Positions 1-12,309 of a stretch of 64,000 nucleotides of DNA are shown in pieces. This stretch comes from Rhodosorus marinus CCMP1338. Taxonomy: Eukaryota > Plantae > Rhodophyta. Position 1 is the first letter of the stretch, and each line of letters opens with the position of its first letter. The stretch covers positions 2,480,001 to 2,544,000 of the forward strand of contig JAMWBK010000001.1 of assembly GCA_029953675.1 (NCBI GenBank), in the 5' to 3' direction. The notes under the pieces were generated by a model. It was not told the origin of the DNA and did not search any database. It was given only the letters and a program-made list of their open reading frames with translations. The position numbers were made by a program, and so were the translations under genes.

Positions 1-655
1 GCCTTCTTGTCGTTTCTTTCCGGGAGCACCGTCCGCCCCTGTTGTAGACGTATTTGGGGAACTTCCAGTCTAACGCCGGTGCCTGCGTCCACTCCCTTGC
101 CGATACTCCGGCGGGGAGCTCTGTCCCGCGCCTTTCTGCTGCTCGCGCGGAACATGCCGCCCCGACAATTCCTGATCCCACTGTGCCTCCCCTGGATGTT
201 GGCCAACCCGCCCATGGTCCGTCTTTGGAGCCGAATCCTGCGCCTACAGGTTTCTCGATTCTCCCTCCCCTCGGATTCCCAGGTCCTTCGGTTTCCAGGT
301 CCTTCGGCGTGATTCCTCTGAACAACGCACGACGGCCATACTGCGCGTGATGACCTCTCCTGTGACCACTCCTGCGTCCTCTCGCCAGTTTTCGCCGATT
401 GCTCTCGCCTGGATGACGAACGTGCGCTCGCAGACCCCTCCCGATGTCTGGGCCGCACTCTCGTGCACAACCGTGATTTCCGTGGGACCATAGCTTCCTC
501 ACTTGGAGTCCCTCCATCAGAGTTCCTTTTCGTGGATTTCACTGGGCCTCATGTCTGGTTTCTCGTCACCAAGAATGCCTATCAATTCTTTACCTCGCTT
601 CTCGCCACTCGTCAGCCTCAGCGCTCTGCCCTCGCGAACATGATCCCAACTCGCC
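1..655 (+). pseudogene. Truncated ORF1 of a family-B-like CRE retrotransposon (diverged subfamily)
   Basis: The translation RDFRGTIASSLGVPPSEFLFVDFTGPHVWFLV...QRSALANM matches B ORF1 (RDFRDTMASSLGVAPSEFLYVDFTGPHACFLV...QRSALANM). It is frameshifted and breaks off at about 650. Confidence 0.85.
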
Positions 656-676
656 TGGGGTTACTTTAGTCTGGGG

Positions 677-1232
677 TACGTCTGCATCACTGCCGAACGT
701 CGTCAGGTATGCGAACAAAGCGACATGATGCAATAAAAATGGAGCTGAACCGATGGATACACCTTTGGAATTTTACGGACCTATAAGTGGAGCCGCAAGG
801 GTTCTTTTCTGGGTCAGGTATTCGGCCAGATATTGTAGCAAGGCATCCGACGAGCGGGCATGTGTACGTGGTGGACGTAATGGTGACGTCGCCGCTTCAA
901 CGTCATCAACGAGACAAACGAGCTGGAGAAACGGATATGCAGCGGCGAAAGGGGAGCAAAGCAAAGTAGCGCACTACCATGAGGTAATACGCGCTGAAGG
1001 CAGGGAGGTGATACTCGTACCATTCATTGTTGAGACGTACGGAAGGCTGTGACAGGCAGGACTAGAGTTTCTGCGAAAGGCCACTGCTCATCTTCATGAT
1101 CGTGGAACACACCTAACATCGGTGAGGGATCAACTAAATCGGATTCTGTGGCAGCGTAATGCTGCGCTAGTTGAGCACACGATCGAGAAAGATCGCGCGG
1201 GTAGAGCAACATTTCCCTTGAGTAGAACTTAG
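677..1232 (+). mobile_element. Family D: 5'-truncated RLE non-LTR retrotransposon 3' end (end of knuckle plus endonuclease), degenerate
   Basis: Frameshifted pieces read HHCRTSSGMRTKRHDAIK, GIRPDIVARHPTSGHVYVVDVMVTSP and VPFIVETYG, i.e. R-x-x-R-H and a canonical PD...D RLE motif. Confidence 0.8.
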
Positions 1233-1284
1233 ATGAGAGCCCTGGACAGGGGGTCCAAGTGAGTTTAGGTCGAATACATAGTAG

Positions 1285-1422
1285 TGGTATTGCGCTGCGG
1301 TAGGTAGCTGCCGAATAAAGGCTACGGGGTTAGCTTACGGTTACGTTAGTCTGGGGTGTAGCACTAGTATACGCTGCAGTAGGCAGCTGCCCAGTAAAGT
1401 TTACGGTTACGTTAGTCTGGGG
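1285..1422 (+). repeat. Two-unit imperfect tandem repeat (about 75 bp), each unit ending TTACGGTTACGTTAGTCTGGGGT
   Basis: cgctgcggtaggtagctgccgaataaag (about 1293) corresponds to cgctgcagtaggcagctgcccagtaaag (about 1372). Both are followed by ttacggttacgttagtctggggt. Confidence 0.8.
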
Positions 1423-1595
1423 TTGTCTGGAGTTTTTGGGAGGCGTTTCTGGTGATTTTCGCTGCGCTAGGTGTCTCGTGTTGCTTTTTAGAGGCAGTGA
1501 CACTCCTGGGCCACCGCGCTTCGTACCTTGGCGAGCTTTCGGTTAAGCTCTGTGGTTGGCGTGGAGCGAAGTTGGAATTCGGAAACCAGAAGAAT

Positions 1596-3017
1596 ATGAT
1601 AGTGCGGGAGGTGCGGGGGCCGTACCCAGAGCCAATTCTCATCCCCGGTTCACCGGCACCGGGTCCCGTGGAAGTGTTACATGCACTGCAGCACCGCGCT
1701 GTGTGAGCAGAGCAGCAACCAAGGACATCGACACCAGCAGAAGACGTTACGCAGGCGGGAAGCAGGAATGAGACTGATGCCACTAATGGTCCAGCCGCCT
1801 CTTTCATGCAACAGCTGCGCACCTGTGACCAGTTTTGTCATGGTGTGGGCATTGGGGAAGCAGCCGTCCAGGAGTTCTACAAGGCGATCTTTAAGTTGTA
1901 CTCCCGCATTGGGAGCACCAACGACCTCACTGGCGTCACTCGATGCCTCTACCAGCTAGCAGACTCACCCCAGACGTGGACTTGGGGCCAGGGAAGCGAG
2001 AATTCTCCCTCCCCACAGGGACCGCAACAGGAGATCAACAGGGCCGTTACGCAACGACAGCAGCAAATTCAAATCTCGGACGGGACCGGAGATCTGGGGA
2101 CGGGGATACCCAGATATAACCAGACAAGGACAGGCGCCCAAGATTTAGGAGCCCGCCTCTATGCGCCCAAGGGAGAGACAGGTGTCCTCGATCCAGTGCA
2201 ATATGCAGAGGCTTTCCCAGCCATTGGGAACGGCAATGCCAGGCCAACGTATGCCGATTTCGCAGCTCAGAGCGCCCCAGGAAGAGGAGATGCACGATCC
2301 CGAACTGTTTCACGCCCAGGACCGCAGACCCAGCAGGCAGCTCTGCGGCAATTGCATGCAACGGTCGGGGGGTCAGCCTGGGGACCCGACGTCAAACCGG
2401 CCCTTGTGACCCTACGGAACGTGCGACCTCCCAGGATGGATGAGGTGGCCCACGCGGACTTTGCAACGGCTCTTTGCAGAGCACTGGGGATCCCCAGCTC
2501 CTACGTGGCGCATGTGGACTTCATTTCATCCCATGCCTGCTTGCTCTACCATCCAGGTGCGATCCCGATTCTACAAAGCGCGATTTCTCGGGGAGTTCCC
2601 CGAACAGGGATTTTCGGATCTTTTACCCAGCGAAACGCGTCAAGTGAGCCTGTAAACTGGCGAAACTCTTGAGCCTAACAACCTCTGGGCTACCTAGAAC
2701 GCCAAGGTATTGCCCCCGCAGATATTGCGGCCCAGACTCTGAAGCGGGCCATCGAACAGCTTATCCGGATTCGTTCGAGGATCCGCAGGCGGCATCTGTC
2801 CTTCAATACTCTCGCAGCGCTCCACGATTATCTTGAGACACGACTGGAACTCCTCAAAGCAAGACAATCTCCGCCCGCGGTACCCAGGGAGAGCGCGGAA
2901 CCCCCAGAGCCTGCAGCCGCAACGAGCTCAGACGCTGAAGCCTCGTCTCCTCAGGGTGACGCACAGGCAGCCCGTGGGATTGTTGACACTCAGGGTGATT
3001 CCGGGGCAACATCCTAA
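1596..3017 (+). pseudogene. Family C ORF1 homolog (in-frame TGA at 1704-1706, frameshift near 2670)
   Basis: LRNVRP...HADF...LG...HVDF..SHACLL aligns with the A/B ORF1 core. A shifted frame after about 2685 (LIRIRSRIRRR...YLETRLELL) matches the A/B ORF1 C-terminal helix. Confidence 0.65.
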
Positions 3018-3619
3018 GTACCGGCGGAGACTGACCGCGAGGACAATCCCCACGCAGAACTCCCCTGCAACCTTCCGGAGCCACCTCAACAGAAGTGACA
3101 GCGAGTAACCGCTGCTGGCCCCGGATCAGATACAGAGATGACCCCGGTATCACTGGAGACCCCGCAGAATACGAATGTGAGTCAGGCGGATACTCATGCC
3201 AACCAACACGCAATGGACACGCAGAATCGCCAGGAAAACACATCGCAATAATGCCAAGCAGAAGTAGGGGAATCAAACGACGCCGCGATGAGCCTCGGTT
3301 CTTCTCGGATCGTCAAGACTGGATTAAACGGTAGAGCGACTTCGTCGACGACGTGACGGAAGGAGGCAGGCAGTGGACGCGTCTTACACTCTGCCCGGTG
3401 CCCACACGGCGATTCGTGCCACGCGCCCAAGTCAATACGTGGAGCCGCCTTCTCCGTCCGGCACTAGAGCTTGCCATGGACAGCACCGCACCACCGAACG
3501 CCAGCCTGCTTCTTGTAGGACTTCCCGGCCTCGTGCTTGGACACTCTGCACTTGATCCTGGCACCTAGGCAGCGCAAGTACTTGAAGGAGAATTCTCTAC
3601 GGTATGGAGTGCGCTAGAA

Positions 3620-5021
3620 ATGACCCTGCAACACTGGGGAACGCTCTTGGATGAGCCCCTCGATCTTGAAGCTGCTCCCGACAGGGACTTTATTCGAGCA
3701 CAGATCGCTCTACCGTTGCGATTAGGGGGATTCGGCGTCGCAGACCGTGGGCTGGTATGCTCGCCAGCGGCGGTTGCCTCCTGGGCTACCGCGCTGCGAA
3801 CGTTGGTGACCTTCCAGATGCGAAGTGCCCGCCTCTTGGCTCGAGCTTTGACCAACGAGGATCCAGTGACCCTGCCGCCCCCGCTTTTGACAATTTATGA
3901 TGGTCTTCAACACGCGTTCAGGAGGTGCAACGCCGTGCCGGACGCAAATCGGTCCCGCTTTCGTTCCTGGAGGGAGCTGTTATGGGGACGAGCTGAAGCG
4001 ATTGAGGATTGTCCCCTCGACCGAGTTCTTGCCGATGACGGAGAGGCTAGCCCCGGGTCCCCTGTTGCAGACTACCCGGGTTTGAGCCGATTGTGGAGCT
4101 CCCGCACTGATGTGATTCAACATAGCCTCACCTGGGGCCAACACAGTGCCGCTCACACAGTCATGCTCAATTCTCCTCTCACGCCGCCTACCACTGCCGC
4201 TCGTCTCCGCGGCATGGGAGGCCACCTCTCGCACTTGTGGTTAACCACTCTACCGTCGTCATTGAGTCATCGTCTCGATGCTTTCCAATTCCGTTCTGCC
4301 GCACGGATCTATCTCGGTTTGCCACAGGCTCCGTGGCACTCTAATCGGCCGTCTTTCTGTCAGGGATGTGAGAGCCGGATTGACGCTTGTGGCTACCACT
4401 TCCTGGGTTCCTGCGGACTGTTGCGAGGTCTCCGTACGAGGCGTCACACTCGCCTCAAGTACATCCTCAGCGAATTTTTGACTCGAATAGGGCATACGGT
4501 TGAGGTTGAGTCGGAACTGCCCAGATCCATCTCGGACTCTGCACCGCCCCGTTGTATAGCCGATCTCCTCGTCTCCGACGCTGCTGCCAGACGCTCAACA
4601 TATGTGGACCTTGCGATTACCTGCCCCGTGGCCAGCGCCCACCTCACCGCAGCCGCCCGCCGCCGGGGGGCCGCGGCTTCAGCCCTTCGAAGAGTTAAGG
4701 AACGACGGTATGCTGAGAGCATGGCCAGTCTGCCTTGCGCTGAGGGTCGCTCTCACCGGTTCCAGCCATTCATTGTGGAAAGCTTTGGTCACGTGGATAA
4801 GTCGGGTTTAGAGTGGTTGCGGAAATGTTTTGCTGAGCATCCTACTGAATATTTGGCGCTCTTGAGGCGTTTAAGTGTCTCCCTTTGGCGATATTCCAGC
4901 GACATGCTTTCCGAGGCGCGCCATCGGCGCCTGGGGTTGCATGCTTCCCTCCCTAGTTATTAGTTCATCTTCACGCCTTGCGTAGCGCTTCAGGCTATGC
5001 TAGTAAAGTCCAGTAAAGTCC
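3620..5021 (+). mobile_element. Family A1, 5'-truncated copy inserted in the family C ORF2
   Basis: Near-identical to the 3' part of 17861-20932 and ends in (AGTAAAGTCC)2. It is flanked by AGAA (3616-3619, 5022-5025); removing it restores the C frame ...SALE-DMESK.... Confidence 0.92.
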
Positions 5022-6629
5022 AGAAGACATGGAGTCTAAGCTGCCACATACAATCGAACTGGAAGGAGCCGACGCCGTTCGACATCAAATTCTGGGGCGC
5101 CACAAGCAAGCTTTGAAGCTAGCACATTTGGGGCGGCTCTCATATGCTGCCCGTCGACTACGGGCCACCGAGATGGCACCTTTTACCGAGGCTACCTGAC
5201 GCCAACTCAAAGCGCTCTTTCCCGACCCGGCCGGGGGGGATCTACCTGACGAGATCGCACAAGAGCTGAACTCCTTGCTCAACCTGGATACCGACGCCCT
5301 TAAGCACAGGTGGGATCCAACAAAGGCAGCTGACGAGGGCCTCCTGTCAATTGTGGCGCGTCTCCCTCAGGGCAAGAGCCCAGGCCCTAGCACATACAAG
5401 GGGCAACTGAACATACACAAGTGGCATTTTTGATTCGAGTGCTGCGACAACTCGCAACCGCTCCGGAGAAATTCTCCCCGACTCTGACTCGCGCCCTTCG
5501 AGCAGCAGACTCCTACCATTCGCGAAGCCAAAGCAAGGATCAGCACCCCAGGAAAACCCCGGCGTTCGGCCCATCGGCGTACCAGAGGTTCTACGAAAGA
5601 TAGCGACGCAGTGGGCCCTTCGCGCTGTAGTCGACCTGGTGCGTGAGCTCCTGGTGCCACTACAACTCGGTATTGGCGTCAGCGGCGGGTGTGAACGCTC
5701 GCTACATGCGATCCAGGCCCACTTGTCATGCGAACCTGATTCAGCGGTCCTCAGGCTTGACCTGAAGAATGCATTTAACCGAATTGATCGACGCGTGGCC
5801 AGGAAACTTGTCGACAAACACTTCCCAGAGCTGGCGGCAGCCTATCGACTCGGTTACGGAAGCGACGACATGGATACACCCACGCTCTGTGGTTGGCGAA
5901 CTCCGCATGGGCAGACCCAAACTTCCCGCCTTACGCTACAAGCAGCAACGGGAGTTCAACAGGGTGACCCACTGGGCCCGGTTCTGCATGCCCTATCCCT
6001 GGCGCCTTTCCTAAGGGCGATGCGCACCAAGTTCCCCAACGAAACCATCGTCGCTATTCACGATGATATCACCATTGTGGGGCCGCTACAAGCCTTAAAA
6101 GAATCCCTAGCATGGGGGGAAACCATCCTTCCTGCACTCGGAGCAAGGCTGCAACTCGGCAAGTGCACAGTGTACGGTCGAACACTGACTACAACGCGAG
6201 TAGTCAATCGTGAGATTCCCGGAGTTCACGTGACCAGAGAAGGAGTAACTATACATTCAATCCCGATAGGCAGCTGACACTACATCCGACAGGAGTGCAG
6301 GGCGCTACAAAATAAGCACGAGAAACTGTTCGAAGAAATTGCGAAACTACACCAACAGGAGCTCAATACACAAGTCGCCCCGTTCAGGTTCTGCGCGGAA
6401 ACACGGCTCGACTACGCTCTAAGATGTTTAGCCTACCAGTTCGGAAGAATGCTTGCGCGAGAGGCGGACACGACCAGATATCATCTGGAAATTCTATTCG
6501 GAGGCCTCGCTACTACGGCCACAGAGGACGACGAGTACGTGCAAATGATTTCGGACCAGAATGCACTGCCCTGCCAATGGGGGGGGGCTGGGATTTGCTA
6601 CCCGAACGCGTGTCCAACCTATCGCGTTC

Positions 6630-9372
6630 TACTGACTGACTTTACTGGCTTGGCTGGCTTTACTGGCTTTACTAGCGGTAGGGAAGCGTGCAAACCCAGG
6701 CGCCGATGGCATGCCTCGGCAAGCATGCTGCTTGAATATCGCCACAGAGAGACACTTAAACGCCGCAAAAGTTCCAAGTATTCAACAGGATGCTCAGTGA
6801 AACATTTCCGCAACCACGCAAAACTCGACTTCTCCACGTGACCAAAGCTTTCCACAATGAAAGGCTGGAACCAGTGGGAGCGACCCTCAGCGCGAGGTAG
6901 ATTGGCCATACTCTCAGCATACCGTCGTTCCTTCACGCGGCGAAGGAAGGGCTCGAAGCCGCTGCTCCCCGGCGGCGGGCATGGAGAAACACTGATAGGA
7001 ACGGCCACGCCTCCCCGCGAATCACGTCCAAAGCATGCGTCCGCGAGACGCTGTTGAACGCGTTGCGGAAGTCAACTACCAAAACGCCCCAATCAGGCCT
7101 ACTGGATCGCTCGAGCTCGATCGTATGGGTGATTAGTTCGCAACCCCCGGAAAATCCCACCCCTACCTGCCAAGGCGCCATAAAGGCGGTGGCTCGCTGG
7201 CGCTGGCATAGCCACCTCCCGGCGAGTTTCCGTAGACTCTCAACCATGCCGATCGGCCGGAGACGCGGGTGTGCCGGCTCGTGGTCGGGTTTCGTTAACA
7301 AGCAAAGCTGTGCCCGTCGCAGATGGTCCCAAGGGGCTGACGCACCCCCTGCACCCTGGAACAGCGTATTCAGGATCTTCACCAGGGCGCTATGGTCAGG
7401 TTTGCTCAAGGCCTGCAGTAATTCCGTTCGTAGCCCAGAGGGTCCAGGGCAGCGTCCACGACGGGAGGTCCGGAGCAAATCCTCCAGATCGGACTCACGG
7501 AGCGTCAGGTCGATGCGGAACCTGGCCAACTCTGGACGGTCTAAAAATGCCTCGAATTCGGGGAGAAAGTCTACGTCGGACGAGGGAACCAACGCCGACA
7601 CAGCCTGGTCGAGTCTCTCGTCGTACGGGTGTACAGGTACCTGACCCGCCAAGACCCGTGCCGCTCGGCTCAGGTCGCCAGCCACCACCAACTTCTGCAC
7701 TCGAGTCGTCCTAGGCGAGGCTGTCCCAGCACGAGTCCTCCGGCCGGATGCCCGGATGACGCCAAGTAGCTCTGTTGCAACACCTCAAATTTCCCCTTCA
7801 GGAACATGGCCAGTCGTTCCCGGACGCGCCATCTGCGCTCCGATGTGTGAGTAGGTGCCAAAATTAGGCGCGGCATGACCCCCAAAAATTCCCACATAGC
7901 GACGTCCCATTTATTACGCGCCAGACTCTGGAAAATAAAATCCAGGATTGTCCCAGCCATGGAGAGCTCTCCTCGAGGGAGGACAAGAGGCGGAATCCTG
8001 CCCGGGAGGGGTAGGGAGCCTCCTTCCAATCAAAATCCATCTCCGCAGGCGCGTGCGCCAGATGCCCCAGTCTCCGCCCTCCTTGAGGACATAAGCCTGC
8101 AAGTCCATTGGCTGCGACCTCGCAGCCGTGCCCGGGGAGCTAATCGTGCTTCTCCCCCTTAGACCCGGGGGAGTCGGTCCTCGCAGGTTTGCCTCCTAAC
8201 CTCACCAAACTAGTCAACCGGCCACTCCGCGAGGCTCGCGGGATGGCTCCCCCGGGATTCAACAAAGTAATAGGGGCGTTCTCGACCGACATGACCTCCG
8301 GCTCCCCTTCCTCGCCACTCGCACTGGACGTGGTGCTTGGAGGGAAGCCCTCTAATACTCCCAAACGCTGTAGCTCTGCCTTGTGACTTGAGGTCAGCAA
8401 AAGGTGCCTCTCAAGGACTTTACTAGCATAGCCTGAAGCGCTACGCAAGCGGTGAAGATGAACTAATAACTAGGGAGGGAAGCATGCAACCCCAGGCGCC
8501 GATGGCGCGCCTCGGAAAGCATGTCGCTGGAATATCGCCAAAGGGAGACACTTAAACGCCTCAAGAGCGCCAAATATTCAGTAGGATGCTCAGCAAAACA
8601 TTTCCGCAACCACTCTAAACCCGACTTATCGACGTGACCAAAGCTTTCCACAATGAATGGCTGGAACCGGTGAGAGCGACCCTCAGCGCAAGGCAGACTG
8701 GTCATGCTCTCATGAGAGATGAAAGGTAGAGGCGGCTGCGCGCAGATGGCGTGGACCCGACGCAAAACGCTCCAAAAGTATCCGCTCCATGCGATGAATG
8801 CGAAGCCAATGGATCGCTGCAAGCTTTCACACTGGTCTCGTGCTCAGATAGCCCTGCTGTTTCTCCGGGAGAGAGGAAAGTGCCGGAAAAACGGTTGAAC
8901 CCGAAAAGCAATACGACCTGGGGTTGAGAACGGAACCAGCGAGCGCTCTCAGGCCACTGCTCGGTAGGCTTCTCCAACAGGGCCTGCAGGTACGTGGCCG
9001 CGGTCGACGTGACCACAAGGAGAACATCGCGACCCTCATAATTTGCGAAGATGAAGTATTCGCGGCTACACCCCAAAGACTCCGCAAAAGTATCCCGAAA
9101 ATCTCGCATGGACGGGACCTGGCCCCGTGTAGTCTGGGGCGGGACGTTGCGCACCCAGAGGAATTCCAAAGTAGTCTCCGTAGGTCCGCCCTGCTGCTCG
9201 CGAGAGGGTTAAAATCTTAACATAGCCGCCGTTCGTGCGGCTGTGGTACCCTTCCGCAAAGCAGAGCCGTACGACGGGGCCCCCTTGGGACCACCAACGT
9301 GCCCCCGCCTTGGCTTTGAGCTGTCGCCCACCTGAGCGCTGGCCCAGGACGGGAAAGTCTGCTCCCGCTGAG
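6630..9372 (-). mobile_element. Family A2 copy, 5'-truncated, with an about 1.6 kb internal ORF2 deletion and a nested A1 3' end
   Basis: It carries the ORF1 C-terminal half, the ORF2 N-terminus, RT fused to RLE at 6980/6981 and tail repeats at 6630-6675. Confidence 0.85.
8414..8706 (-). mobile_element. Family A1 3' end nested in the A2 ORF1
   Basis: A1-type 3' UTR and tail, flanked by CTCTCA (8408-8413, 8707-8712). Removing it restores PFISHE-RHLLLTS. Confidence 0.85.
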
Positions 9373-9380
9373 GGAACATT

Positions 9381-11480
9381 CGCATCGCAGACCTGCTAGT
9401 GAGGGACGCAGCCACCGGACGCTCACCATATGTTGACCTCGCTGTCAGTTGCACCGTATCCGGTACATATCACGCTTCTGCCGCTCTCCACAGGGGGGGC
9501 AGCAGCTTCTGTACTTTGCATCGTGAAGGAACGACGGTAGGCTGAGAGCATGGCCAGTATTCCCCAGTAAGAAGGCCGGTTTTACAGGTTCCAGCCTTTC
9601 ATTGTGCGAACCTTTGGGCATCTGGGGTATTCAAGCTTGGAGTGGCTAAGTCAGTGCTTTACCGAACATCCTGAAGAATATCTGGTGCTCCTCCGCCGTT
9701 TAAGTATCGCACTCTGGCGGTATTCTAGCAACATGCTGGCCGAGGCGCGCCACCATCGCCTGGGCTTCCATGTTCTTCTTCCTAGCCCCTAGTTTCCCTT
9801 TATGTTTATCGTACCGCATCAGGCTATGCCTCGCCGGGGAGCAGCGGCTTCGGCCCTTCGCCGCGTGAAGAAACGACGGTATGCTGAGAGTATGGCCAGT
9901 CCGTCTCGCGCTGAGGGTCGCTCCCACCGGTTCCAGCCTTTCATTGTGGAAAGCGTTTGTCGCGTGGAGAAGTCGGGATTGGAGTAGTTGCGAAAATGTT
10001 TTACTGAGCATCCTGTTGAATACTTGGAACTATTGCGGCGTTTAAGTGTCTCCCTGTGGCGATATTCGAGTAGCATGCTTGTCGAAGCGTGCCATAGGCA
10101 CCTGGGTTTGCACGCTTCCCTATCTAGTTCTTAGTTCCTTTTCACGCCTTGCGTAGCGCTTCAGGCTATGCAAATCCAGTCCAGGTCCAAGAAAGCCACA
10201 CTTCTCACGGCTGCCGCCCGCCGCCGGGGAGCAGCTGCTTCGGCCCTTCGCCGCGCGAAAGAACGACGGTATGCTGAGAGTATGGACAATCTGAGTCGCG
10301 CTGAGCGTCGCTCCCACCGGTTCCAGCCTTTCATGTGGAAAGCTTTGGTCACGTGGAGAAATCGGGTTTGGAATGGTCGAGGAAATGCTTCACTGAGCAT
10401 CCTGTTGAATTCTTGGAACTTTTGCGGCTTCTAAGTGTCTCCCTGTGGCGATATTCGAGCAGCATGCTTGCCGAGGGGCGCCATCGGCGCCCGGGTTTGC
10501 ACGCTTCCCTACCTAGTTCAAAGTTCCTTTTCACGGTTTGCGTATCGCTCACGCAGTCTTGCTCAACTCTCCCCTCACACCGCCTACCACCGCCGCTCAC
10601 CTCCGCGGCATGGGAGGCCACCTATCACATTTGTGGTTAACGACCCTGCCGTCATCGCTGGTTCACCGTCTGGCTGCCTTCCAGTTTCGCTCTGTCGCAC
10701 TGATTTACCTGGGTTTGCCACAAACTCCGTGGCACTCTAATCGGCCGTCTTTCTGTCAGGGATGTGAGAGTCGGATCGATGCTTGTGGTTACCACTTTTT
10801 AGTTTCATGCGGACTGTTGACAGGTCTTTGTGCAAGGCGTCACACTCGCTTCAAGTACATTCGCAGCCAATGTTTGACTCGGGTAGGCATACAGTTGAGT
10901 TGGAATCGGAACTACCCAGATCGGTCTCGGATATGGCACCGCCCCGCTGTATCGCAGATCTCCTCGTCTCCGATGCTGCCTCCAGACGTTCAGCAGATGT
11001 TAACCTCTCGATTACATGCGCTGTGGCAAGCGTCCATCTCACGGCTGCCGCCCGCTGCCGGGGAACAGCTGCTTCGGCCCTTCGCCGCGTGAAGGAACGA
11101 CGGTATGCTGAGAGTATGGCCAGCCTACCTCGCGCTGAGGGTCGCTCCCACCGGTTCCAGCCTTTCATTGTGAAAAGCTTTGGTCACGTGGAGAAGTCGG
11201 GTTTAGAGTGGTTGCGGAAATGTTTCACTGAGCATCCTGTTGAGTACTTGGAACTTTTGGGGCGTTTAAGTGTCTCTCTGTGGCGATATTCGAGCAGCAT
11301 GCTTGCCGAGGCGCGCCATCGGCGCCTGGGTTTGCACGCTTCCCTACCTAGTTCTCAGTTCCTTTTCACGGTCTGCGTAGCGCTTTAGGCTATGCTAAAA
11401 AAATGCTAAAGCCCAATAAAACCAAACCAATAAAGCCAGCCAATAAAACCCAGTAAGAACCAGTAAAACCAGTAAAACCA
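9381..11480 (+). mobile_element. Head-to-tail stack of four 5'-truncated A2-type 3' ends (about 9381-9815, 9823-10170, 10196-10545, 10546-11480)
   Basis: Each unit encodes part of the RLE (KERRYAES...FQPFIVESFG...HASLPS) plus the 3' UTR. A long degenerate (A[G/A]TAAAACC)n tail lies at about 11395-11480. Confidence 0.85.
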
Positions 11481-12309
11481 GGAAATCCATCAATCGTTCA
11501 TACCCATCAATTCTATTCTGCCCTACATCAGTTTGCGCTTAGTCTTTTTTTCCCCTCGGGGTTTTTTTTTCAGCCTCCGATTAAACCATTCATTCATTCA
11601 TTCACATCAGTACCGAGGTCTAATTCTAAACAGCAATACACTGTTTTGGCCGGATTCTATTTATCCAATTATAATTCTTTCTCTTTTAGACTCCGGTGCG
11701 GCAAAAATATTCATAATGCATGCATCCGATTAAACCATTCGTTCGTTCATTATAATCTGGGTTGGTTCCTTAACCAATCAATATTCATTCAATAAGTACC
11801 CAAGCTTTGAGCGTTTTTTCATACAAGAACATGAACAAATGTCAATCATGAATCAATGAATTTGGTTAATCGTTCAATCATAGTCCTATTGCAACACCTT
11901 GGTTGTTGTGATTCGTTCGTTCGGTTGTTGTGATTAGGCGAGACCAAGAGCTCTTCTTGCGGGGTGAACAGGTAGGCAGAGAATACTCCCAAAATCACTG
12001 AACGATCTTCACTACTTGACAGCGCTACCCTTTTGTTGCTTAGTAAAACCACCACTGTCTAGAACTATATACTTATTTTAAGAAATGAAAGAATTTGATT
12101 TTTAATTCTTTTTGAAAGTTATATTCGTTAATTTCAGCGCAGTTAAACAAATTAAACCAATCCTGTCCTTAGAGAAATTCACTCATTGGCTCTCAACATG
12201 AAACTTGAGCTTATCAACTTCATGGATGGAGAATCCCAATAGATTAATTCGAACGAATGGTTTAATTTGGGGTACAAGTCCAGCAAAGTGTTCAAAGACT
12301 AAACGACCA

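Larger units (their letters stand above)
1421..6630 (+). mobile_element. Family C CRE-like retrotransposon, old; interrupted by an A1 copy and 3'-truncated by an A2 copy
   Basis: It has a GT-rich leader, an ORF1 homolog and a degenerate ORF2 with WSRLL...LPGLVL, GKSPGPS, QLGIG...GGCE, LDLKNAFN, GVQQGDPLGP and IHDD. It contains several stops and frameshifts. Confidence 0.85.
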
